Below are positions 1 to 10,236 of a stretch of DNA of 64,000 nt, in pieces (within the stretch, counting starts at the first letter, position 1; the number at the start of each line of letters is the position of its first letter). The notes below the pieces were generated by a model. That model was not told the origin of the DNA and did not search any database. It was given only the letters and a program-made list of their open reading frames with translations. The position numbers were made by a program, and so were the translations under genes. The stretch is from an uncultured Mollicutes bacterium (GTDB lineage: Bacteria > Bacillota_I > Bacilli_A > RFN20 > CAG-288), in assembly GCA_900539865.1 (NCBI GenBank), contig UQDS01000003.1, positions 90,789 through 154,788 on the forward strand, read 5' to 3'.

Positions 1-1248
1 CATTGCAAGCCTTGCGCTATCGTTTCCGGTTGGTCGGGAGCTGGTGCTTTTTCCGATGGAAAACTCTCGCTTTCCGATGAGGTAGGTGGACATTTAAATG
101 AATATGTCGGTCACGATAAAGCCATGGAGCTCATTCAAGAAGCGGATCGTTATTATTTGCGATTTGGAGCCGATGAAACCATTGAAGGTTTAGACGACAA
201 ACGAGTCGATGAAATCGCTTATGAAGCAAGCAAACACAATATTAAATTGATCCGTTGTCCTATTAGACACTTAGGAACCGAACGTGCGACTAGTGTCTTA
301 GGTGGCATGTATGATGAGTTGATAAAAAATAAAAATATCTCTTTTATGCCACTGACAGAAGCAAAAGACATCCTTGTTAAAGATAATAAAGTCGTTGGTG
401 TGACTGTTCAGCCTTATCACAAAGATCTTATCGAAGTTCGCTCTTCTAAAGTTGTAATCGCACCGGGAAGAGGTGGCGCTGAATGGTTGGAAAAAGTCGC
501 TAAAAATTTACATTTAGAAACTTGCAATAACGAAGTGGATATCGGCGTTCGTGTCGAAGTCCCTAACTCAGTGATGGACCATGTCACCAAAGATCTTTAT
601 GAAGCGAAGATGGTCTATTATGGAGACACCTATGAAAATAAAGTAAGAACTTTTTGCATGAATCCGGGTGGTGTCGTTTCGGAAGAACATTATGAGAACG
701 GACTCGCTGTTGTCAACGGTCATAGTTACGGTGATAAAAGCAAGTGGACAGAAAACACAAATTTTGCAGTTTTAGTCTCCACCAAGTTTACCGAGCCTTT
801 CCGTCAACCGATAGAATACGGCCAATATATTGCTCGACTTGCCAACATGCTCACCGGTGGACCAATTATGGTTCAACGCCTTGGCGATTTATTAAAGGGA
901 AGAAGAACAACCGCGGAACGTCTTGCCAAATCGACAACAGTCCCGACATTAAAAACCGCAGTTCCCGGCGATTTATCTTTTGTCTTGCCCCCTCGTTTCC
1001 TCACCTCTATTGTCGAAGCTTTAAAAGCCTATGATCACGTTTGCCCCGGTTTGTTTAGCAAAAACACTCTTTTATATGGTGTCGAAGTCAAATTCTACTC
1101 TTCCAAAATCAACGTAGATTCTCACCTTATGACAAAGATTGATGGCCTTTACACCATCGGTGATGGCGCCGGTATTACCAGAGGTTTGATGCAAGCAAGC
1201 GCCGCAGGTATTTTTGTCGCTGAAGACATCTTAAATCAATTGAAATAA
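1..1248 (+). CDS. FAD-dependent protein (COG2509-like oxidoreductase), 5' end outside window
   Basis: The reading frame is open from nt 1, the ORF track lists it from 124 and no stop lies upstream. It carries a GAGAFSDGKL motif and a C-terminal IGDGAGITRG motif typical of this FAD-dependent family. Confidence 0.6.
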   Translation, partial: HCKPCAIVSGWSGAGAFSDGKLSLSDEVGGHLNEYVGHDKAMELIQEADRYYLRFGADETIEGLDDKRVDEIAYEASKHNIKLIRCPIRHLGTERATSVLGGMYDELIKNKNISFMPLTEAKDILVKDNKVVGVTVQPYHKDLIEVRSSKVVIAPGRGGAEWLEKVAKNLHLETCNNEVDIGVRVEVPNSVMDHVTKDLYEAKMVYYGDTYENKVRTFCMNPGGVVSEEHYENGLAVVNGHSYGDKSKWTENTNFAVLVSTKFTEPFRQPIEYGQYIARLANMLTGGPIMVQRLGDLLKGRRTTAERLAKSTTVPTLKTAVPGDLSFVLPPRFLTSIVEALKAYDHVCPGLFSKNTLLYGVEVKFYSSKINVDSHLMTKIDGLYTIGDGAGITRGLMQASAAGIFVAEDILNQLK

Positions 1249-1365
1249 TCAATTTTTTTCTTTGAGAACGCTTTTACAACGAAGTAATACTTTTGTCCCC
1301 TACTATATGTATACAAAATAACATAGTTTATTTATAATATTACTTGTTATACGGAGGTTCCCAAA

Positions 1366-2982
1366 ATGACTGAAAATAAAAAGAAAAATTTTTACATCAC
1401 TACACCGATTTATTACGCTTCTGGCAACATTCACATCGGTCACACTTATTGCTGCGTTGTCTCTGACACCATTGCAAGATATAAACGTCTTGCCGGTTAC
1501 AACGTCCGCTTCATGACAGGTTCAGATGAACACGGTCAAAAGATTCAAGAAAAGGCAATTGCGGCCAATATGGAACCTCAGGCTTATGTCGATAAAATCG
1601 CCGACTCTTTTAAAGAAGTTTGGAAAGCAATGGATATTTCCTATGACTACTATGTCAGAACAACAGACCCCAGCCATGTCGCTTTGGTCCAAAAGGTCTT
1701 CTCAGAACTTTTAGAAAAAGGTCACATCTATTTAGGCGAATACAAAGGCTGGTATTGTACACCTTGTGAAACATTCTGGAGTGATAGCCAGTGTGAAACA
1801 AATGAAAAGGGGGAACATCTTTGCCCCGATTGTCATCGCCCTGTACACTTAGACTCTGAACAAGCCTACTTCCTCAATGTCAAAGCGTTCGGAAATTGGC
1901 TTATGGAATATTATCAAGAGCACCCGAATTTCTTCTCTGCTGACAAAATGAACGAGATGATCAACACCTTCCTCAAACCCGGTTTAGAAGATCTTTGTAT
2001 CACAAGAACCTCTTTCACCTGGGGTGTTCCGACCAAAGAAGATCCTAAGCATGTCGTCTATGTTTGGATTGACGCTTTACTCAACTATATCTCTGCTCTT
2101 GGATACAAGACAGAAGATGAAGAATTGATGAAGACTTTCTGGGGAGAAGACACCGAAATTCTTCAACTTATCGGTAGAGACATCACCCGTTTCCATACAA
2201 TCTATTGGCCGATTCTTTTAAAGATGTTAGGCTTAAGAGAACCAGATAAGATCTTGGTTCACGGTTTGCTTTTGACAAAGAGCGGAGTCAAGCTTTCTAA
2301 ATCTTTAGGCAATGCAATTTCTCCCTATCCCTTAATTGAACGCTATAGTGTCGATGCTCTTCGTTATTACATTGTCCGTGAAATCGAATTAGGAAGCGAT
2401 GGCAACTTTACCCCGACACAATTTGTCGACCGCATCAATTCCGATCTTGCTAACTCCTATGGTAATTTAGTCAACCGCACTCTCTCGATGATGAACAAAT
2501 ATTTCGACGGCATCATCCCGGAATACAAAGAACCCACCAACGACTTCACCAAGAAACTTTACCAAGACATGGAAGATAAACTCGTTTCCTACAACGAATA
2601 CATGGAGAATTATCAGATTACGCAAGGCGCAGAAAAAGCGATTGAATTGATCAATCTCGGAAATAAATATTTCGATGATATCGCTCCTTGGACACAGGCG
2701 AAGAACGAAAATATAGAACTCTTACAAGAATGTCTTTATGCTGCAAGCGAAGTCATTCGTATCGGCTCTATCATTCTCTCTCCGATGCTTGTCGAAAAAT
2801 CTCAGGACGCTCTTGATCAGGAAAATGTTCCTGCAGAGTTAAGAACCTTAGAGTCCACTCACACCATCGGTAAACTCTCTTCTATTCACATCAATGAACT
2901 TCGCGCTCTCTTCCCTCGTTTAAAGAAAGAAGACGAAGTGAAATTCCTCACCGAACTCATTGATGGACCGTTAGATAAATAA
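1366..2982 (+). CDS. metG: methionine--tRNA ligase (short form, no C-terminal tRNA-binding domain)
   Basis: A HIGH motif (NIHIGHTY), a KMSKS-type motif (KLSKSLGN) and a Cys-rich zinc knuckle (CTPCETF...CPDCH) are present. GGAGG lies upstream of the ATG. Confidence 0.9.
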   Translation: MTENKKKNFYITTPIYYASGNIHIGHTYCCVVSDTIARYKRLAGYNVRFMTGSDEHGQKIQEKAIAANMEPQAYVDKIADSFKEVWKAMDISYDYYVRTTDPSHVALVQKVFSELLEKGHIYLGEYKGWYCTPCETFWSDSQCETNEKGEHLCPDCHRPVHLDSEQAYFLNVKAFGNWLMEYYQEHPNFFSADKMNEMINTFLKPGLEDLCITRTSFTWGVPTKEDPKHVVYVWIDALLNYISALGYKTEDEELMKTFWGEDTEILQLIGRDITRFHTIYWPILLKMLGLREPDKILVHGLLLTKSGVKLSKSLGNAISPYPLIERYSVDALRYYIVREIELGSDGNFTPTQFVDRINSDLANSYGNLVNRTLSMMNKYFDGIIPEYKEPTNDFTKKLYQDMEDKLVSYNEYMENYQITQGAEKAIELINLGNKYFDDIAPWTQAKNENIELLQECLYAASEVIRIGSIILSPMLVEKSQDALDQENVPAELRTLESTHTIGKLSSIHINELRALFPRLKKEDEVKFLTELIDGPLDK

Positions 2983-2987
2983 AGGAA

Positions 2988-3017
2988 ATCCTCTTGTGCA
3001 AACAAGAGGATTTTTTA
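2988..3017 (+). terminator. rho-independent terminator of metG
   Basis: The hairpin atcctcttg-tgcaaa-caagaggat is followed by a T6 run. Confidence 0.6.
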
Positions 3018-3022
3018 ACACA

Positions 3023-3046
3023 AAAAAACGCAGCTTTTATCGCTGC
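3023..3046 (-). terminator. rho-independent terminator of the MBL hydrolase gene (convergent with the metG terminator)
   Basis: A gcagc/gctgc hairpin is preceded on the plus strand by an A7 run, which is the T-run on the minus strand. Confidence 0.45.
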
Positions 3047-3052
3047 ATTATT

Positions 3053-3700
3053 TTAAAGATTTGTTAAGAATGGATTTTGTTTCTTTTCTACATCGATGCG
3101 AGTGATTTGACCATGTCCCGGATAGACAACAAGGTAATCGCCGAGAGAAAGAACCTTTTTTAGACTGCTTTCTACTTTCGAAAGATCGCTTGTCGGAAGA
3201 TCTGTTCTTCCGATAGAGCCTTTAAATAAAGTATCTCCTGTAAAGAGCGCGTTGTCATCTTCAAAAAGATAACAGACACTTCCTTCCGTATGAAAAGGTG
3301 TATGAACCACACGAATGCGGAAGTCTTTCATATGCAATTCTTGATTGTCTTCCACCGGTATTGTCTGCACGTTGACCTGAACTTTTTCATTCATCATTAA
3401 GGACGAGTTGATCAAAGGATCTTTCAACAGGGGCATATCTTCTTGTGCTAAATAGACAGGTATGTCATATTTGCTGCGATAATGTTTCATGAACTTTGTA
3501 AGTCCACGGATATGATCAAAGTGAGCATGCGTCAATAAAACGGCTTCTACTTTCTCATAATGAGAATCGATGTAGTCATAAATAGAATCATCCGTTGATC
3601 CAATATCCACTACAACGCATCTTCCACCGATCTTTCCAACGACATAGGTGTTGGCGGAAAACTCGGTCGGCTTATCATCAAACTTAAATATTTTGACCAT
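3053..3700 (-). CDS. MBL-fold metallo-hydrolase (hydroxyacylglutathione hydrolase-like)
   Basis: It carries the HAHFDH metal-binding motif and is 215 aa long. Confidence 0.75.
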   Translation of the reverse strand: MVKIFKFDDKPTEFSANTYVVGKIGGRCVVVDIGSTDDSIYDYIDSHYEKVEAVLLTHAHFDHIRGLTKFMKHYRSKYDIPVYLAQEDMPLLKDPLINSSLMMNEKVQVNVQTIPVEDNQELHMKDFRIRVVHTPFHTEGSVCYLFEDDNALFTGDTLFKGSIGRTDLPTSDLSKVESSLKKVLSLGDYLVVYPGHGQITRIDVEKKQNPFLTNL

Positions 3701-3825
3701 AGATCGTACTCCCTTATATCATTATACTGAAAACCGAAAAGAATAGCATATAAAGAAATCACTTTTATAATTTTGTTATTTTCGTTATAATGTATACGTA
3801 TTTTTAAAAAGAAGAAGGTAATCAC

Positions 3826-4074
3826 ATGGCTAACGAAGAATATTACGTTGAAGAAAAAAAGATTGATGGCATCTTATTGCTCTTGTTATTCACTGTCGGA
3901 TGGTTAGGTTTTGAAAAGTTCTATGCCGGCAAAACTTTCAGAAGATCTTGGAAGTTCTGGTTGGTCAAATTCCTCTATTGTTTGATCGGCGTCGGTTTGA
4001 TTTGGAATATTTTTGATATTGTTCAAGCGTTCCGTAAAAAATACCAGCTCGATTTCAGAGAATATTTCCGCTAA
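3826..4074 (+). CDS. small hypothetical membrane protein (two predicted TM helices)
   Basis: It is an 82-aa ORF with hydrophobic segments and sits in its own intergenic context. Confidence 0.4.
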   Translation: MANEEYYVEEKKIDGILLLLLFTVGWLGFEKFYAGKTFRRSWKFWLVKFLYCLIGVGLIWNIFDIVQAFRKKYQLDFREYFR

Positions 4075-4135
4075 GCATTATTTAACACACCCTCTCTCTC
4101 TTGTGATAGAATACAAGTAATGGAGGATTTCCCGT

Positions 4136-4498
4136 ATGGAAGTTAGATTCTACAAAAACAAAGAAACAAAAGAAGTCGTTCTCTCTCTTGAAAAAATCGA
4201 AGATGCAAACATGCTTGAATTGAAGGCCAATGACACCGATGCTGCTTTAGAAAAGCACGTCCCTGTTGTCGAAATCAACGGCAATCACGTTCACGCTGTT
4301 GTCGGCTCTGTGCTTCATCCGATGACTGAGCCTCACTACATCGATTTCATCGCTTTGGTCACTGATCAAAAGGCTGAACTTAAGAGATTAGATCACACTG
4401 GCGCTCCGGAAGCTGATTTTGAATTAGCCGAAGGTGAAAAGGTTGTTGCAGTATATGAATTCTGCAATCTCCACGGCCTTTGGGTTAAAACTATCTAA
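4136..4498 (+). CDS. superoxide reductase (1Fe-SOR / neelaredoxin-type desulfoferrodoxin catalytic domain)
   Basis: The SOR active-site motifs EKHVPV and CNLHGLW are present with His ligands between them. No N-terminal CxxC desulforedoxin domain is present. A GGAGGA RBS lies upstream. Confidence 0.8.
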   Translation: MEVRFYKNKETKEVVLSLEKIEDANMLELKANDTDAALEKHVPVVEINGNHVHAVVGSVLHPMTEPHYIDFIALVTDQKAELKRLDHTGAPEADFELAEGEKVVAVYEFCNLHGLWVKTI

Positions 4499-4502
4499 AG
4501 TA

Positions 4503-4534
4503 AAACCGCTTGCTTTCGCAGGCGGTTTTTTTAT
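4503..4534 (+). terminator. rho-independent terminator after the SOR gene
   Basis: A aaaccgc...gcggttt hairpin is followed by a T-run of at least T7. Confidence 0.65.
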
Positions 4535-4584
4535 TTGAATTTTCAAATGTTGAAGAAGCAACGTTCCTCTTTTATATGCTTAAA

Positions 4585-7497
4585 TCATCCGTTATCAATC
4601 TTTTCAAAGAGATATTCTTGGCAGTCGATATTCACTAAGACAAGACCTTCTTCCTTGGCTAAGAAACGCGCGAGCAAGGCAAGATATCTCACATCGTGTT
4701 CATGAGAAAGAACAATGTCTGGTAGCAAAGCGTATTCGATATCGTTCTCTTTATATATAAATAGATATCTTTCATCGCTTTGCATGGCAAAGTCTTCCTT
4801 AAACATCGAAAGGAATTTCTCAGAAAGTATCGTAAAATCAAAGCCGCTCTTGTAAATAACATCGCGGTTAATAAGAGTGTCATGATATCCTTGCGTGCGC
4901 ATATCAAAAATTGTTTTATCGCTCAGCAAAAGAACATCTTTTCCAAGTCTAAATGAGTTGATTAACTCAAAATTATTCATTAACATGCTATCAAAAATGA
5001 CAACATGGTTATAGGAATCATCGTTTAAATAAACTGAATCATCGAAGCTTACAATACCGATAGGATAACGAAGTGAAAGAAGCTTAATCTGCTCATCCTT
5101 CAATTGAGCATCGGTATTTTTTTCTAATATTTCTTTTTCTTCTTCAGTGATAAGCTTGTCAAAATCACACTCTGTTAAATTCTCTTTTAAGTGCGTTTGT
5201 ATGCTTTGATAACGAAGCAAGCGGCTGATTTCTTCATAGTGAGACAAATCATCTAAATACGCGCTTTCGACTTTTTCATAACTTTGAAGATATGGCTCAA
5301 AGAGTTTTCTTCCGCGATGGTATTTGGCATATGCTAACGCCATAAAGTACTCTCTCTTTAAATAACTCAACGGTCGTTGCTTACGCATATAAGAACGTAC
5401 AGTTAACTGCAAGAGAAAACTCGCCTGCTCTAAACCAGTATTGAAAGAAGCATAATCCATAAATTGTTTTATAGAGTTGTTCTTCAATTTTTGTAGATGC
5501 TTTAATATAGCTGTAAAAGAGTACTTAAAGTAATCGCGAGGCGCTTGTAAAAAATAACCGATTAACTGATTGATATTCTTTTGAATTTCATTGTATAACA
5601 GCGCAACATCTTTTCCCAAAGACTGCATATTGATGCGGAAATCCTTGTCTTTTAAATAGCGTTTGATAAAAGGATGATTCATCGAAAAATCGTCATCATC
5701 TTTGAAGTGATTTTTAAACTTCTTGATATAAGCGATGTTGCTTTCAATCTCCACGACACCGTTCATCGTCAAGACATTATCGCCGTAAACATCCTGATAC
5801 ATCGGAAGCAATCCATCTAGTTCTATCTTCGCAGCCAAGTATCCTTTAATGACTCTTAAGATGGTTACAAAGTCATTGGACTTTTTCAATTTAAAGTAAG
5901 ATAATATGCGTTTTTTTGCTTTTTTCTTACCGAAAAAAGAACCGTTTTCGTATTCTTTGACCATCGCATCAATATCTTCTTTATAGATTTCTTCATCAAA
6001 AAAGTTATCCATGATCAGTTTTGCAGAAGACAAATTTTGATAACGTCTTTTCAAATGTGACAAAGCGTAATATTCAGAGTTATTTTGGTTCAATTTAAAA
6101 TATTTTCTTGGAAAACCATTGTATTCCGAAAGGATTTTTAAATCGTCCAAATATTTTTCTAACTCTGCAAAATTGTTGATTTGAATATTGTAATCTTCTA
6201 AGAAATGATCTTCTTTAATCTCTTTTTGTAACGCTGTTATCTCATTGCACAAATCATCGATCAACGCGTTGATAACTTGATAATTTTCTTCTTTTGCAGT
6301 CGCTGTAAGCCCATAATAAGGATGGTCGATGACATACGAATTTAAAACAGATTCATAAGAATCCAAACGATTTAAATAATCGTAATCTTTTTCAAATTCT
6401 TCTTCTGTATAATCAGAAATATCCAGCGGCGGCAAATAGCTTGTTTTATCGATAGAATTCACCAAGAAATCAAATTTTCTTTCATTTCTCCTGAAATTGG
6501 AAAAATGAGTAATTTCATATTTCTTATCGACAAAATTGATATACCTCTCTTCGTTTAAAAGGAAATTCTCTACTTTTATCTCCTCTTGTACCGACAGCGG
6601 TTTGAGCAATTCTTTCTTCAACGCTTGTAGCGATTTCACAAAGTTAGCATCGTTATAGTCAAAACAAAAATCCATCAATTTTTCTTCTTTTAAGAAGTGT
6701 AACAACTCTTCTTTTTCGGACTTTGGAACAACGAAAAGAGTATTTTCTTTATTGCGGATAACCTCATATAAAAAACCTAAGACAATATAGTCGAATGCAT
6801 CTTTTCCCTGATAAGATATCTTCTCGCTTTTATAGCCCTCTAAACGCTTCTTAGAGCGCTCAAAACGAGCTAAGAAGCCAATATCTATCTTGCTGACTTC
6901 TTTTTCAATTTCACTATCTTTTAACTCTTTAAACAAGCCTTGATACTTAACAGGATATTCTTCTCCCTTTGCAAATTGATTTAAAAAAGGCATCGCCTGA
7001 ACATAATGAATATCAGCGACATCAAAATCAGTTAGACCATAAAGTAAGTCCACTTTATTTAAAAGTTTTTTCTCAAAGATTTTTTTCTTAATCGAATCAA
7101 TGAAGGCAAATAAAACACGGCCGTTTATTTCATCATTTAAATCTATTCCAAGTTCAAAAAAGAAAGCTGTAGCAACAGGATTTAAAAAATAAACAGAATG
7201 ATCAATATATAGTTTTCCATCTTTATAACTTGTCGTTAAAAAAAGAAGTGGATAATAACAATTCTTCGATTTGTCAAACACCAAAACCGGGGACACAAAA
7301 CGCTTGTGTACCTTCTTAACTTCGATAGGCAACGTATGTAAGAAACAGCTCAGAATACTTTCATCAAAAGGATCAAAGTTATCTTCGTTGATTTCTGAAA
7401 TGGTCAACCCCGCCTTTGCTTGCTTGATCATTTCTAAACAATCAATATGTGTTTCTATAAATTTATTGGCATTGTCCATAGTTACATTATATAGCAA
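4585..7497 (-). CDS. large hypothetical cytoplasmic protein (970 aa), no recognisable catalytic or NTP-binding motifs
   Basis: The ORF is long and uninterrupted, K/E/N/Y/F-rich and AT-rich. It is flanked on both sides by terminators and so forms a stand-alone transcription unit. Confidence 0.6.
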   Translation of the reverse strand: MLYNVTMDNANKFIETHIDCLEMIKQAKAGLTISEINEDNFDPFDESILSCFLHTLPIEVKKVHKRFVSPVLVFDKSKNCYYPLLFLTTSYKDGKLYIDHSVYFLNPVATAFFFELGIDLNDEINGRVLFAFIDSIKKKIFEKKLLNKVDLLYGLTDFDVADIHYVQAMPFLNQFAKGEEYPVKYQGLFKELKDSEIEKEVSKIDIGFLARFERSKKRLEGYKSEKISYQGKDAFDYIVLGFLYEVIRNKENTLFVVPKSEKEELLHFLKEEKLMDFCFDYNDANFVKSLQALKKELLKPLSVQEEIKVENFLLNEERYINFVDKKYEITHFSNFRRNERKFDFLVNSIDKTSYLPPLDISDYTEEEFEKDYDYLNRLDSYESVLNSYVIDHPYYGLTATAKEENYQVINALIDDLCNEITALQKEIKEDHFLEDYNIQINNFAELEKYLDDLKILSEYNGFPRKYFKLNQNNSEYYALSHLKRRYQNLSSAKLIMDNFFDEEIYKEDIDAMVKEYENGSFFGKKKAKKRILSYFKLKKSNDFVTILRVIKGYLAAKIELDGLLPMYQDVYGDNVLTMNGVVEIESNIAYIKKFKNHFKDDDDFSMNHPFIKRYLKDKDFRINMQSLGKDVALLYNEIQKNINQLIGYFLQAPRDYFKYSFTAILKHLQKLKNNSIKQFMDYASFNTGLEQASFLLQLTVRSYMRKQRPLSYLKREYFMALAYAKYHRGRKLFEPYLQSYEKVESAYLDDLSHYEEISRLLRYQSIQTHLKENLTECDFDKLITEEEKEILEKNTDAQLKDEQIKLLSLRYPIGIVSFDDSVYLNDDSYNHVVIFDSMLMNNFELINSFRLGKDVLLLSDKTIFDMRTQGYHDTLINRDVIYKSGFDFTILSEKFLSMFKEDFAMQSDERYLFIYKENDIEYALLPDIVLSHEHDVRYLALLARFLAKEEGLVLVNIDCQEYLFEKIDNG

Positions 7498-7521
7498 GAG
7501 AGAAACTGTACAAAATCAGAG

Positions 7522-7547
7522 ATAAAAAAATGCCGCCTTTTGGCGGC
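7522..7547 (-). terminator. rho-independent terminator of rpmE
   Basis: The hairpin atgccgcc-tttt-ggcggcat has an A-run on the plus side, which is the T-run on the minus strand. Confidence 0.7.
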
Positions 7548-7573
7548 ATATTCTATATTGCTTGACGAAATAC

Positions 7574-7786
7574 TTATTTCTTTTCGGAAGCAGCCAATTT
7601 CTTTCTGAACTTGGCAACACGACCGGTATCAGCAGCAAAAGTAAGCTTACCAGTGTAGAAAGAATGGCACTTGGAACAAGTATCAACTCTAATTTCAGGC
7701 TGAGTAGAACCAGTTTCAAAAGTGTTTCCGCAGGTTAAGCAAACAACCTTGGCGCGATAGTATTTCGGATGAATGTCCTTTTTCAT
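7574..7786 (-). CDS. rpmE: 50S ribosomal protein L31 (zinc-binding type A)
   Basis: The sequence MKKDIHPKYY...CLTCG...CSKCH is the hallmark of L31. Confidence 0.9.
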   Translation of the reverse strand: MKKDIHPKYYRAKVVCLTCGNTFETGSTQPEIRVDTCSKCHSFYTGKLTFAADTGRVAKFRKKLAASEKK

Positions 7787-7891
7787 TTTCTATACCTCCC
7801 AATCCGGCTATAACACGTTCGCAAGCGTATTAAGCAACATAAAATATAACATTTTAGACAACAATATACAAGGATAAATTATAAGATTACA

Positions 7892-10234
7892 TCACTTTAA
7901 AAAAAGATATCCTGCAATTTTTGCAAAACTGCGAATCACTTTCTTCCCGTTTAAAAGGTTTAGGAAAGCCTCTTCTTGTTGACCAGAGCCAGGAAGATTA
8001 TACATGATTGCGCGAACTGCGCTTTCTTCCACTGTCCTATATAGCACCGGATCATTTTTATAAGGAGCAATATTGGAAGCAACCCAGAGAAATACTTTTG
8101 CACCAAAAGATCCTTCATCATATGCTTGTGCAAAAGAGTTATCTAGTCCAAATGGTCCCGTAGTTTTTGTAAAAGGCAATTCTCTTCCATAAAGAATATT
8201 AAATTCTTCATCGGAAATTTGTGAAATACCATTTTTAAAATAAGAAGGTAATTTGTTAATGTCATAAGGCAAGTTTTTATTTTTTCCACTGAAATAAAAT
8301 TCTTTTTCTTCTACAATCGTGCGTGCATCTGTACGCAAAGAAATTTTATAATTTCCGTAAAGATCAACAAAATCATGTGTCTTAACATTGAAGTAACGGA
8401 GACCGTCACGATTGATCTCTAATTCAATTTCTTTTGTCTCACCAGGTTCCAGTTTCACTTTTGTAAAAGCAACCAATTCTGCTTTGCTATTAAATACTTC
8501 ATCCGATGGTTTTGTGATATAAATTTGTGGTACTGCCTCTCCTTTTACACTGGAAGTGTTTGTCACTTTAAAGGTCACTGTTTTACGGCTCATGTGGAAA
8601 GCGAAATCTTTGTAGGAAAAAGTAGAATAAGATAAACCATAACCAAAAGGATATAAGACCGGTCTATCAAATGTTTCATAATATCGGTATCCGATATAAA
8701 TACCTTCTTTATATAAACAATTAAACCGATCGCCGGGGAAGTAAGCATAACTGGGGTTATCTTCTAATTTCAACGGAAACGTCTCGGCAAGATGACCGCT
8801 TGGATTGACCGTTCCATAAAGAATATCAAACAGAGCTTCCATGATTGCTTCTCCGCCTAAATAAGTCTCTAAGATACCTTTTACATCATCTACAAAAGGC
8901 ATTTCCAGGGGACCACCAGAGCTGAGAACCACCACAATATTATCGTTTACTTTCTTAATCTCGGAGAGCAATTGCAGTTGGTTTTCAGGAAGTTTTAAAG
9001 AGATTCTGTCCATACCTTCAGATTCATATTGCTCATCAATCCCTAAAAAAACAATCACTTTATCTGCGTTCTTTGCGTTTTCAACTGCATGAGAATTTTT
9101 AATTTTCTTCTTTGGGTTATCTAACGAATAACCCTCATCGTACTGGAAATCAACGCCTTCCAGACAATCTAAAAAGCTCTTCACACGATAGCTTTGAATA
9201 TGAGAACTACCTCCGCCTTGATAACGTGGTTTTTTTGCAAACGGACCTATAATTTCTAATTTGTCAGTCTTTTTCAAAGGAAGAATATCTTCATTCTTTA
9301 ACAATACGATGGATTTTTCCGCAAGCTCTTTTGCCACCTGATGATCCGCATCATAATTTTGCTGTTTTGTCTTCTGTGTCGGATATTTTTCAATCATACG
9401 AAGAATACGTTCCACATTCTCATCGACACAATAACGGAATTTATCACTCTTCATATATTCGTCGATTTGCTTGCGGATGGTAAAGTCGTGGCTTTGTGGC
9501 ATTTCTAAAGTTAATCCATTATAAATAGATAAAACCGGGTCATTTACAGCGCACCAGTCAGAAACAACAACACCTTTGAATCCAAATTCATCACGCAACA
9601 TATCCTTTAACAAGTATGGATTTTCTGTTGCGTGAAATCCATTTACTTTATTGTAACTAGCCATCACCATAGCCGGTTGGACATCTTGAATTGTCCGTTG
9701 AAATGGATATAGATAAATTTCTCTCAGTGTTCTTTCATCGACAATTTCATTGATAACTTGGCGATTGGCTTCACTTGAATTCACCGCATAATGTTTTAAA
9801 CACGCGCCTACCCCTTCCTTTTCTACAGCTTTTACATACGCTGTAGATAACGCATAGGTGAGATACGGATCTTCACTTAAATACTCAAATCCTCTTCCGC
9901 CTAAAGGAGAACGCTTTATATTCATCGCCGGACCTAAAATAACCTGGATTTCTTCGTTTTTTGTCTCGTTAGCCAACGTGTTTCCAAGCTTGGCAAAAAC
10001 ATCCGGATCAAAAGAGCAGGACAATAAAGCTCCAGAAGGAAAACAGACAGAGGTTGCAGTCACATTTTTTCCTTTTTCATCCTTGACCTCTTTGCGAATA
10101 CCAATCGGGCCATCACTCATGCGCAAGCTAGGAATATTGAGTTCTTCCACTCCGTATGTATTCCAAAAACCAACACCTCTCATGAAGCGAAGGCGTTGTT
10201 CAGGCGTAAGCTTTTGAATTTTCTTATTTGACAT
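7892..10234 (-). CDS. glycoside hydrolase family 3 beta-glucosidase (BglX-like) with C-terminal Fn3-like domain
   Basis: It carries a GH3 catalytic region (GFKGVVVSDW) and is 780 aa long. Confidence 0.8.
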   Translation of the reverse strand: MSNKKIQKLTPEQRLRFMRGVGFWNTYGVEELNIPSLRMSDGPIGIRKEVKDEKGKNVTATSVCFPSGALLSCSFDPDVFAKLGNTLANETKNEEIQVILGPAMNIKRSPLGGRGFEYLSEDPYLTYALSTAYVKAVEKEGVGACLKHYAVNSSEANRQVINEIVDERTLREIYLYPFQRTIQDVQPAMVMASYNKVNGFHATENPYLLKDMLRDEFGFKGVVVSDWCAVNDPVLSIYNGLTLEMPQSHDFTIRKQIDEYMKSDKFRYCVDENVERILRMIEKYPTQKTKQQNYDADHQVAKELAEKSIVLLKNEDILPLKKTDKLEIIGPFAKKPRYQGGGSSHIQSYRVKSFLDCLEGVDFQYDEGYSLDNPKKKIKNSHAVENAKNADKVIVFLGIDEQYESEGMDRISLKLPENQLQLLSEIKKVNDNIVVVLSSGGPLEMPFVDDVKGILETYLGGEAIMEALFDILYGTVNPSGHLAETFPLKLEDNPSYAYFPGDRFNCLYKEGIYIGYRYYETFDRPVLYPFGYGLSYSTFSYKDFAFHMSRKTVTFKVTNTSSVKGEAVPQIYITKPSDEVFNSKAELVAFTKVKLEPGETKEIELEINRDGLRYFNVKTHDFVDLYGNYKISLRTDARTIVEEKEFYFSGKNKNLPYDINKLPSYFKNGISQISDEEFNILYGRELPFTKTTGPFGLDNSFAQAYDEGSFGAKVFLWVASNIAPYKNDPVLYRTVEESAVRAIMYNLPGSGQQEEAFLNLLNGKKVIRSFAKIAGYLFLK

Positions 10235-10236
10235 AA

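Noticed and set aside
1249-1365. Possible T-box leader upstream of metG
   Set aside because: The intergenic region is only 117 nt, which is too short for a T-box riboswitch of about 250 nt. No specifier or antiterminator structure was seen.
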